DNA of 25,754 bases from Candidatus Micrarchaeota archaeon (GTDB lineage Archaea > Micrarchaeota > Micrarchaeia > Anstonellales > Bilamarchaeaceae). Numbering within the stretch: the first letter of the stretch is position 1; the number at the start of each line of letters is the position of its first letter. Shown piece after piece: positions 18,329 through 25,754 of this stretch. The translations under genes and the position numbers were made by a program. The stretch spans positions 1 through 25,754 of the forward strand of contig JBDRIM010000014.1 in NCBI GenBank assembly GCA_043816005.1, in the 5' to 3' direction. The notes under the pieces were generated by a model. The model worked only from the letters and a program-made list of their open reading frames with translations. It searched no databases and was not told the origin of the DNA.

Positions 18329-18927
18329 TTTTTCACCTGTATTAATACTGCCAATGAAAGAAGCAAAACTCCGATCGGACATATTGGTGCCGGGGTTGGT
18401 TCTAGTGTTGGGGGAGTTTGATTTAAACTTGTATTCTGTACTGGCGGGTCTGGAATAGGTGGTGTATTATTCATTGGAATAGGTGGGTCTGGTACTGGCG
18501 GAGGAGTATTGTTCATTGGAGTAGGTGGTTCTGGTGGTGGAGCATCAAAACATTTTCCATAAGTAAATTCTATCTCCTGACTTTTATGACCTGGTGCATC
18601 AACTCTGAAAATGAACAATGAAGTCAAATAATTCATATTTCCAACAATGTCCATTATACTTATTCCATTACTATTTGTTGTTCCTGTGCCTATAAGTTGA
18701 TATCCATAATTTGTGTAAAAAACATATGTAGATGCACCGCTAATTGGCTGGTCATTAATCGAATCTACTTTTACAATAAGTTGTTTTGTCTCACAATCAA
18801 CTGTCAAATCTACTTTTACTGAGTCCAAATTATCGTTGCCGGTATTTTTTATCGCAATATATGTTGGTTTCACTGTAAATGCCATACACAATCCCATTAT
18901 AATCAAAAAAACTATCAGTAATCTCAT
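18325..18927 (-). CDS. Secreted surface protein with Pro-rich stalk and C-terminal Cys-TM-basic anchor
   Basis: Probable start 18927 (MRLLIVFLIIMGLCMA signal peptide), beta-rich domain, Pro-rich repeats, ends ICPIGVLLLSLAVLIQVKK. Confidence 0.75.
   Translation of the reverse strand: MRLLIVFLIIMGLCMAFTVKPTYIAIKNTGNDNLDSVKVDLTVDCETKQLIVKVDSINDQPISGASTYVFYTNYGYQLIGTGTTNSNGISIMDIVGNMNYLTSLFIFRVDAPGHKSQEIEFTYGKCFDAPPPEPPTPMNNTPPPVPDPPIPMNNTPPIPDPPVQNTSLNQTPPTLEPTPAPICPIGVLLLSLAVLIQVKK
18442..18519 (-). repeat. Two-copy coding tandem repeat (PMNNTPP..PDPP)
   Basis: PMNNTPPPVPDPP and PMNNTPPIPDPP, with synonymous DNA differences between copies. Confidence 0.75.
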
Positions 18928-19694
18928 CAACCACACGCTCCATTTATGCATTTATTAGGACAGGTAAAAGACGAATTTACAATCTGATTTCCATTGCAAT
19001 AATATTCTGTTCCTTCTTTATTATTCTCGCAACTATCCACCTTACTATCCTCTCCTTTAGTTGTCACTCCTTTTTTGTAAATTGAACCGTCATCAGTATC
19101 AAAACATGCATCTTCTCTACACATTCCATTCACGCATTTAGTGCCATCATCGCATTTTATATCCTCAGTTTTCATACTATCGTCTTCACACCAATATTCC
19201 TTGACCAAATATATATCAATACACTTATCAATAAATTCTCCACTAAAAGAAAGTGAATTAACACTCACAATACCTTGTTTGGTTATGTTAATTCCATTGT
19301 CACTATCAGAACAAATCCTATCTGTTTTTTCACATTTCCCATAATTGCAACTATATCCAAACCCACAATCAATTATCTCAGATGTTGCCAAATTACCTTC
19401 ACAATAATACTCCTTAACCTTCACAGTATCAAGGCAGTAATCATCATAGTTTCTGTCATTTACAGTTACAACTCCCTTTGTACTACTATTCATGCCATCA
19501 CTGTCATTGCACCAAAGTTGTATTGGGGGGTCAGGTTCAACAACTGGAGACAGGGGGGGCATTTGGTTTTCTGTTTGATTATCTACAATCTCGCTAGAAT
19601 TAGTTGTATTAGTTATGATCTCTTGGTTGTTTTTGCTTACGCCAGTACATCCTACTAGAAGGATTACTAGAATTATTATCGCACTTAGACGCAT
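18927..19694 (-). CDS. Lipoprotein with three Cys-rich repeats
   Basis: MRLSAIIILVILLVGC lipobox-like start; three CxD(S/T)D.G....(K/Q)G.....D.C......EY.C.....C...C..G.C units. Confidence 0.8.
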   Translation of the reverse strand: MRLSAIIILVILLVGCTGVSKNNQEIITNTTNSSEIVDNQTENQMPPLSPVVEPDPPIQLWCNDSDGMNSSTKGVVTVNDRNYDDYCLDTVKVKEYYCEGNLATSEIIDCGFGYSCNYGKCEKTDRICSDSDNGINITKQGIVSVNSLSFSGEFIDKCIDIYLVKEYWCEDDSMKTEDIKCDDGTKCVNGMCREDACFDTDDGSIYKKGVTTKGEDSKVDSCENNKEGTEYYCNGNQIVNSSFTCPNKCINGACG

Positions 19695-20307
19695 GTTTTT
19701 TATTTAGTTTAACGGATTTAAAAAGTATAAACAAAACGGCAATAAGTAGTACGGCCGGAAACCACTGTATTAACTCATTATCTTCAAAAGCAGGTTGTTC
19801 ATTTCCACTAACACTTTTATTACTACTATTCTGATTAGTTTGATTTGTTTTTGGTGGCTGTTGGGTTGCGTTTGTTATATTCTTTGCTGCAGGTGGTACA
19901 TATATCGGAGGAGTCCAATTTGAATAACAAGGTGCAAGATCAAACTGAACTGCTTTGTTTCTGAATCCAGTTTTTTCAATTAAAAGATTCCAACGACTTC
20001 TCATATAATTTGTATTGCCAGGCAACTTATGTATGGTCGTACCATTTGCTGAAGTTGTTATCCTCGATATTATCGGATTTGTATTTTCAAGATATTGTAA
20101 ATAAGTAGTTGCATTTGCAACTGGCATGTTACTTCCGTTCATAACAATTATCTTGAGTAGCGAATTATTACAATCAACTGCAATTGAATAAGTGAATTCT
20201 TTGAATGCTATGTCTCCAAGATCATCTTGGTCGTATATCCTCGTAGCAACAAAGGCAGAACTAGTTATTGAAAGTAAAACTAATATGAAAATCCAGATCT
20301 TATTCAT
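19609..20307 (-). CDS. Secreted surface protein with C-terminal TM anchor, probable paralog of 18325-18927
   Basis: Signal peptide, shared VDC..LxxxV...P(V/I)xxA(T/S)TY...TxxNG...GNxNY...G...F...C pattern, N/T/Q/S-rich linker and TM helix. Confidence 0.75.
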   Translation of the reverse strand: MNKIWIFILVLLSITSSAFVATRIYDQDDLGDIAFKEFTYSIAVDCNNSLLKIIVMNGSNMPVANATTYLQYLENTNPIISRITTSANGTTIHKLPGNTNYMRSRWNLLIEKTGFRNKAVQFDLAPCYSNWTPPIYVPPAAKNITNATQQPPKTNQTNQNSSNKSVSGNEQPAFEDNELIQWFPAVLLIAVLFILFKSVKLNKKHASKCDNNSSNPSSRMYWRKQKQPRDHN

Positions 20308-20308
20308 C

Positions 20309-21268
20309 CTACTCCCTGACTGTTGCTAATTGAGCAAGAAGTGCTTCGAGCTGAATGCGTTCATTAGCTCCCTGTATCAATCTGAAATTGTATTCACCTA
20401 CAATTTCAATAAGTTTCATTCTCTGTTTTTCCGGAACGTCAATCTTTCCTACTTCTCTATAAACTTGGTAAAGTATGTCTTCTCCACTCAAGCCGTATGT
20501 TATAATAAGCTTATCAAGATTCTCCCTTGCAGACTGGAATTTTCCTTCAATTGCAAGATGCAACATTTCTTTGATTTCTTTTGGCATTGCCCTACTGCTG
20601 ATCTTGTGAACCAAGTCTTCTGTTATGTGATTTGAATGCATTGCACATCCTTGCATTATGTTCAGTGTTTTTCTCATATCTCCCTCAGCAACGTAGTACA
20701 TCGCATCATAGGCTTTGTCATCAATTTTTAGTTTCTCTGCCTTTGCAACGTGTTCGAGTGTCTTACGCATATCCTTATCTGTTAGTGGCATGAATCTGAA
20801 TACTGAACATCTACTTTGTATCGGTTCTATTATCCTTGATGAATAATTTGCAGAAATTATGAACCTTGTTACTGCAGAATTTGATTCCATAGTTCTTCTA
20901 AGTGCCTGTTGCGCATCTGAAGTAAGTGCATCTCCTTCGTCTAGGAAAATAAGCTTAAAAGGAGCATCACCAAGAGAAACTGACCTTGCAAAATCCTTTA
21001 TTCTTCCTCTTACAATATCTATTCCACGTTCATCAGACGCATTCAATTCAAGGAAATTACCTGCCATCCTATCGCCATAAAGCTCATGTGCAAGGGCAAG
21101 TGAACATGTTGTTTTCCCTATTCCCGGTGGTCCGGCAAATAACATACTCGGCATATTTTTTGCTTTAACAAAGGCTTTAAGACTCCCGACAATCTCAGTT
21201 TGTCCTGCAACCTCATCTAGCTTTTTTGGCCTATATTTCTCTGTCCACGGTAAAATATTAGTTTCCAT
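20309..21268 (-). CDS. rfcS: Replication factor C small subunit
   Basis: PWTEKYRP, GPPGIGKT, LELNASDERGIDIVR, FLDEGD, AQQALRRTME, QSRC, GDMRK; 319 aa with no intein. Confidence 0.97.
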   Translation of the reverse strand: METNILPWTEKYRPKKLDEVAGQTEIVGSLKAFVKAKNMPSMLFAGPPGIGKTTCSLALAHELYGDRMAGNFLELNASDERGIDIVRGRIKDFARSVSLGDAPFKLIFLDEGDALTSDAQQALRRTMESNSAVTRFIISANYSSRIIEPIQSRCSVFRFMPLTDKDMRKTLEHVAKAEKLKIDDKAYDAMYYVAEGDMRKTLNIMQGCAMHSNHITEDLVHKISSRAMPKEIKEMLHLAIEGKFQSARENLDKLIITYGLSGEDILYQVYREVGKIDVPEKQRMKLIEIVGEYNFRLIQGANERIQLEALLAQLATVRE

Positions 21269-21319
21269 TAAACTACTTCCATCGTCAATCTATATAAATT
21301 TTCGCAGATAGACATTTAC

Positions 21320-22006
21320 ATGGATCGCGTTAAAACAGGAATCTCGGGATTGGATGAAATGCTTAACGGTGGTGTACCTATGGGGAGGCATGTTGCTCTC
21401 TATGGTGGGCCTGGTGCTGGTAAAACTTCATTCGGCTTTGAATTTCTCTATCGTGGGGCAAAAGCCGGTGAAGCTGGACTTTATATCACGCTTGAAGAAA
21501 CTCCAGATGATATAATCGAGAATATGAACAATACATTTCCTCTTCTCACCGAAACCCAACAACTCATAAAAGAGAAAAAATTAGAAATTGCCAAGCCAAA
21601 CGAACTTGATCTTGAAAACGTTGCAAATCTTCTTGAAGACAGAATCACTTCGCACGGTATCAAAAGAGCAGTGATTGATTCTGCAACTATGATCAAACTT
21701 TCTTTCAAGAGCGATGTTGAATATCGTCAGACACTTTTCGAATTTTTATCTTTACTGAGAAATCTGGATGTAACTACTTTGACTACTTTGGAAGCTACAA
21801 CCGCAAAAAGAGAAGAAATGCGATTTGATATTGAGCATTTTGTTATGGATGGTATCATCAACCTTTACAATCTTGATCGCGAGGATCGCAGAGTTCGTGC
21901 ATTGGAAATCATGAAGATGCGAGGTACTGACCATTCAAGAGAAATGGTTCCATTCAAGGTAATGCCATCTGGAATTAAAGTTTATGTAGGGGAGAAAGTC
22001 TTCTAG
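21320..22006 (+). CDS. Single-domain KaiC/RAD55-like RecA-superfamily ATPase
   Basis: RVKTGISGLDEMLNGG, Walker A GGPGAGKT, YITLEE, VIDS, DGIINL, ALEIMKMRGTDH. Confidence 0.92.
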   Translation: MDRVKTGISGLDEMLNGGVPMGRHVALYGGPGAGKTSFGFEFLYRGAKAGEAGLYITLEETPDDIIENMNNTFPLLTETQQLIKEKKLEIAKPNELDLENVANLLEDRITSHGIKRAVIDSATMIKLSFKSDVEYRQTLFEFLSLLRNLDVTTLTTLEATTAKREEMRFDIEHFVMDGIINLYNLDREDRRVRALEIMKMRGTDHSREMVPFKVMPSGIKVYVGEKVF

Positions 22007-22040
22007 TTTTTTGTTTTATTCTTTAGCATACTCACGCTGA

Positions 22041-23003
22041 CTATACTGAAGGCAGATAATTTATTTTATAATTTTTGATAAGGGAGTAATATATGTACCT
22101 TTTTATCATTCCCGGGAATTCTCTTTCAAACTCATCCATTATCTGTATAAACTCCCGGAAATCCTTCACTTCGAGATCAAATTCAAAATGTGATGTAACA
22201 AGTGTTTTTTCTGTGTAAATAACATTGGGATGAGAGAGCACTTTCTGCATTACTTGTTTTTGTTTTTCCATTCCATTGAACCACAAATCAACTTTATAAT
22301 AATGATATCCTAATTTTTCATAATTCAACATAAGCCTAAATCCAACAATCACTTTTTTCTTAATCAAACGTCGTAAATGCGAGCGACAGGTTACTATTGA
22401 AGTACCAATCGCTTTAGCCATCTCAACAAGTGTTACTCGTGCATTCACTGATAATAAATTAAGTATTTTATAATCAATTTTACTAAGATCTTCTTTCTCT
22501 GATTTTTGCAACACTGTAAATTGCATTTTGTCATCGGCTTTGTTTACTAAGTAATTACGACTGAATTCTGTGTAATGTGTCTTAAGTGCAAGATGAGAGT
22601 CGGAGATATATGCTCCAAACAATTGCATAAACCCATTCCAAAACATTTCGTATTCGTATATGTCACTTACCCATATACTGAAACTAAAATTGTAAAGGCC
22701 AGTAATCCTGTAAAATATCCAAATTTTATTATGATTTTTTAAATATTTGATCATTTCCTCTTTTTTCTCTTCTGGCATTCCACTTATCTGAAAATAAAAC
22801 CTAAATGATATGAAACCAAGTTTTGAGTAGTCGATCACTGTGTAAAATCCTTCGATAATTCCTTCACGAATCAGTTTATCAATTCGGTATTTGACTTTTT
22901 CCTTTTTTGTACGAAGTTTCTGTCCTAATTTTGAATAGGTCTGGCGACTATTGCGATCAAGTTCATATAATATTTTTCTATCTGTAAGATCTAGTTCGTA
23001 CAT
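22041..23003 (-). CDS. Tandem (double) Lrp/AsnC-family transcriptional regulator
   Basis: Two HTH plus RAM-like units: LDLTDRKILYELDRNSR...IDYSKLG and LSKIDYKILNLLSVNAR...LNYEKLG. Confidence 0.88.
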   Translation of the reverse strand: MYELDLTDRKILYELDRNSRQTYSKLGQKLRTKKEKVKYRIDKLIREGIIEGFYTVIDYSKLGFISFRFYFQISGMPEEKKEEMIKYLKNHNKIWIFYRITGLYNFSFSIWVSDIYEYEMFWNGFMQLFGAYISDSHLALKTHYTEFSRNYLVNKADDKMQFTVLQKSEKEDLSKIDYKILNLLSVNARVTLVEMAKAIGTSIVTCRSHLRRLIKKKVIVGFRLMLNYEKLGYHYYKVDLWFNGMEKQKQVMQKVLSHPNVIYTEKTLVTSHFEFDLEVKDFREFIQIMDEFEREFPGMIKRYIYYSLIKNYKINYLPSV

Positions 23004-23124
23004 TATCTCACTTATTTAAGTTTTCATATTAAATTCTTTGCTTTTTTTGTATTTTAAGATAATTAATTATTTATATGAGAATGTAGACACATTAATCTAC
23101 AAAATCTAACTTAATGGTGGAAAA

Positions 23125-23664
23125 ATGTCGAATAGAAAAAGAGCAATACTAAGGGAAGCTGTCGGTACAACTCACAAAGGACTAGAAATTGGGCTACGTT
23201 TAACTGCATATGGTCCGTTAACAGATGACAATTCAAGACTCACAGTAAATGCAACTGCGTACAATCCATCAGATCAAACTGTACACGGTAGGCTAACTCT
23301 TAGAAGAGCAGAAAATAAAAATGTCGATGAGAATGCATTCATGATTTTTCCAGATTTCGGAGCTCAACGGGAGATTTTACCACCAAATCATGGGATTGGC
23401 AGTGTTCTTTTAGCTGAATTAATTCAAACATTTCTTTCAATACCAGTTCAGGAATACGAGCATCGTAGTTGGCACAGATACAATAATCTTTATTTGGTTG
23501 CAAAAAATGAAGAAAAAAATCCACTATTTTTGTCACTTGCTTTACGATTTGGTTTCATAAGTCATGCTGGGTCAGTTTGGTTAGTTAAAAAAAATGAACT
23601 TCCCTCGGACTTGCCAGATCATCTTCTCAGGGTGTCTGAACTGCCAAAACCGTTATCTCACTAA
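23125..23664 (+). CDS. Hypothetical protein, possibly a divergent GNAT-fold acetyltransferase
   Basis: NHGIGSVLLAELI resembles GNAT motif A and LALRFGF resembles motif B. SD-like GGTGG and TATA TTTATATG (23070-23077) upstream. Confidence 0.5.
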   Translation: MSNRKRAILREAVGTTHKGLEIGLRLTAYGPLTDDNSRLTVNATAYNPSDQTVHGRLTLRRAENKNVDENAFMIFPDFGAQREILPPNHGIGSVLLAELIQTFLSIPVQEYEHRSWHRYNNLYLVAKNEEKNPLFLSLALRFGFISHAGSVWLVKKNELPSDLPDHLLRVSELPKPLSH

Positions 23665-23695
23665 GGTATTTATATGCTAAAGTAGTTGTGTTTCC

Positions 23696-24202
23696 ATGAA
23701 AATTCACATAATAATCACAGGTGGAACTATTGATTCTAGTTTCAACCCAGCAAAAGACACTGTTGAAATTGGTCAAAAAACACTTGTACTTGAATATCTA
23801 AGATCCTTACAATTGCATAATGAACTAGAGAGCACAGTTGTATTCATGAAGGACAGTAGGGAAATACGCTACCAAGACAGAACAAAACTTCTTCAAGTTG
23901 TTAAAAAATCTCCACACAAATTAATTCTGATTACACATGGTACTTATACTATGCCTGACACTGCACAATATCTCAAAGATCATCTTCCAAAAAATAACAA
24001 GACTATAGTTCTTACTGGTTCTATGATTCCATTAAAAGGGTTTGATTTTTCTGATGCATCTTTCAATCTAGGCTATGCAATCGCCAATCTTCAGATGCTT
24101 AAATCAGGCGTCTACATCTGTATGAATGGAAAAGTGTTCGATCCAAAAAAAGTTGATAAAAATAAGATCGCCGGGAGATTTGAGGAAGTTAAACCAAGCT
24201 AA
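23696..24202 (+). CDS. Short-chain L-asparaginase (catalytic domain only)
   Basis: ITGGTID, KDS, ITHGTYTM, VLTGSMIP, SDASFNLG; 168 aa and lacks the usual C-terminal domain. Confidence 0.88.
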   Translation: MKIHIIITGGTIDSSFNPAKDTVEIGQKTLVLEYLRSLQLHNELESTVVFMKDSREIRYQDRTKLLQVVKKSPHKLILITHGTYTMPDTAQYLKDHLPKNNKTIVLTGSMIPLKGFDFSDASFNLGYAIANLQMLKSGVYICMNGKVFDPKKVDKNKIAGRFEEVKPS

Positions 24203-24203
24203 T

Positions 24204-24707
24204 TTATCTTCTATTTCGGGTTGAAATACTTAGTCTAGCTCCAAACATACTGCCAAGATTTCTATCTACAGGTACAACTGTAGTTGTGGGTGTCACATTC
24301 CTAAAATCTCTTATATTAAGTGGTCCAGTGCCTCTTATATTCGGAATTGGTTTACTTCTCATCACTATTGGTCTTACCTGTCCTTCTGTTCCATTAAAAT
24401 GATCCTTACGTGATCGTGGTGTTCTTTTTCCATTAGGCCTATCTATCTCTGGTTCACTTTCTTTTGGTGCAGTTTCTGGAATTCCAAATCTCTCTGCAAT
24501 TTTTCCAACTAATCTTGAGTGTTCACCTGGTTTTATTTGATTTCTTGCTAAAGCATCATCTACAATTGTCCTTAATCTTTCTTCACCACAATTATCATTC
24601 GTTACTTTGTTCCACAATCTTCTAAAAAAAGCACCTGGTTCTACAAGATGAGCATATTTATTCCGAGGTCCAGCTAACTCTCCACTTTTTGGAATAGTGT
24701 CGTCCAT
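24204..24707 (-). CDS. Hypothetical protein with basic, probably disordered C-terminal half
   Basis: 167-aa ORF filling the gap between genes; TTTAAAAA TATA-like box upstream on the minus strand; no family recognised. Confidence 0.6.
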   Translation of the reverse strand: MDDTIPKSGELAGPRNKYAHLVEPGAFFRRLWNKVTNDNCGEERLRTIVDDALARNQIKPGEHSRLVGKIAERFGIPETAPKESEPEIDRPNGKRTPRSRKDHFNGTEGQVRPIVMRSKPIPNIRGTGPLNIRDFRNVTPTTTVVPVDRNLGSMFGARLSISTRNRR

Positions 24708-24753
24708 ATTTACATTTCATGGTAAATAATATTTTTAAATAAATGCTACTTTT

Positions 24754-25713
24754 CTAGGAACTAGGTGTTTCTATACCATATCTCCTCATTTTTTCAACTA
24801 AAGTTGTTCTATTAATTCCAAGTGACAATGCAGCACCTACAACAGTTCCAGCAACTTCCAATGCATTTCTTATCATTTTTATTTCAAATTCACGAACCAT
24901 CGCCGGAAGAGATCCTTCCACTCTGTCAACTCTCATCTGCGTTACTACGGTCTGTTCAAATCCTTCGTTATCATCGTGTATTTGGCCATTCACTGCAAAA
25001 TTTGCAAGCCGTTCTACCAATGCTTTTAATCCACGAACATTACCCCCAAGTGTTCTAGCAATTTCCATAATTTTTTTCATTGCCTCATCACTTACCATAG
25101 TTATCTCATAACCAGAGTTCTGTTCATTAAATTGCCGTGCAAAATATTCAACAAGCTCTGACACATCATCAAGTCTATCTCTTAATGCTGGTGTTGTTAT
25201 CGTTACCACATTGAGTCGATCATACAAATCCTCCCTAAATCTTTGTTGTGAACTGGCTTCATCAAGATCTCCACTAGTTGCGCATATTATGCGTGTGTTA
25301 ACCATAACAGTTTCACTACTTCCAACTCTCTCAAACCCATAACCTTCAAGTGCACGCAATAATTTTACCTGCATTCTAATTGGCATGTCTTTTATTTCAT
25401 CAAGAAAAAGTGTCCCGTCTTGGGCTTGTTCCATTCTTCCTCTTCTATCTTTTATTGCGCCTGTAAATGCACCTCTTACATGACCAAACAATTCACTTTC
25501 AAACAATCCTTCTGGTATTGCACCACAATTTACTGCAACAAATTTTCCTTTTCTTTCTGCATGCAACGCCCTGGCCACGAGTTCTTTTCCACTGCCTCGT
25601 TCGCCAAGTAGCATAACTGATGAAGTGGTGCCAGCAACTCTTTCTATTTTTCTTCTAAGTTCTACTACGGGCGGACTGTGGCCTATGATCTTAAAAGAAG
25701 TAACTGGTTGCAT
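24754..25713 (-). CDS. Sigma-54 enhancer-binding protein-like AAA+ ATPase with Fis-type HTH and no regulatory domain
   Basis: Walker A GERGSGKE, FVAVNCGAIP, ESELFGHVRGAFTGA, Walker B LFLDEI, QVKLLR, FREDLYDRL, GNVRGL and HTH AALSLGINRTTLVEKMRRYGI. Confidence 0.95.
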   Translation of the reverse strand: MQPVTSFKIIGHSPPVVELRRKIERVAGTTSSVMLLGERGSGKELVARALHAERKGKFVAVNCGAIPEGLFESELFGHVRGAFTGAIKDRRGRMEQAQDGTLFLDEIKDMPIRMQVKLLRALEGYGFERVGSSETVMVNTRIICATSGDLDEASSQQRFREDLYDRLNVVTITTPALRDRLDDVSELVEYFARQFNEQNSGYEITMVSDEAMKKIMEIARTLGGNVRGLKALVERLANFAVNGQIHDDNEGFEQTVVTQMRVDRVEGSLPAMVREFEIKMIRNALEVAGTVVGAALSLGINRTTLVEKMRRYGIETPSS

Positions 25714-25736
25714 GGCATGAATATTGTTGCAATAAG

Positions 25737-25744
25737 TATATAAA
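25737..25744 (-). promoter_or_regulatory. Archaeal TATA box candidate for the bEBP-like gene
   Basis: TTTATATA on the minus strand ends 24 nt upstream of the ATG at 25713, the spacing expected for a leaderless archaeal transcript. Confidence 0.55.
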
Positions 25745-25754
25745 TGTACATATC

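Noticed and set aside
21320..22006. Circadian kaiC or radA/radB
   Set aside because: Single domain, no kaiA/kaiB in the window, and no RadA N-terminal HhH domain.
23470..23484. Other TGGCAC sites as sigma-54 promoters (also about 14941 and 17759)
   Set aside because: They are intragenic and lack TTGC at the correct spacing.

Overview
AT-rich, densely coding archaeal chromosomal window. Ribosomal protein L10e/uL16, RFC small subunit, archaeal-type PEP carboxylase, TrmB/Lrp regulators and TTTATA(A/T)A boxes about 25 nt upstream of starts show it is archaeal. The gene mix (stand-alone PEP-utilizer His-domain protein, tandem-Lrp regulator, Cys-rich surface repeats, many ORFan-like genes) suggests DPANN, possibly Micrarchaeota; this is inference. 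Left to right: pdxS (5'-truncated) and pdxT separated by a propeller-like lipoprotein; rpl10e; a TrmB / HD hydrolase / PEP-utilizer module with a palindromic operator candidate; a small HTH plus HEAT-like pair; a wHTH coiled-coil protein; hypotheticals; a structured intergenic element; ppcA; M20 hydrolase; malic enzyme; Yip1-like and HEAT proteins; a tightly coupled minus-strand run (rfcS, three surface proteins, aspartase/fumarase); KaiC-like ATPase; double-Lrp regulator; GNAT-like ORF; short asparaginase. The most striking gene is a near-intact bacterial sigma-54 enhancer-binding AAA+ protein (GAFTGA, Fis-type HTH, no sensor domain) behind an archaeal TATA box, with a divergent -24/-12-like motif touching its start. 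I recognised no rRNA, tRNA, CRISPR array or transposase. All calls come from reading motifs by eye; no searches were run.
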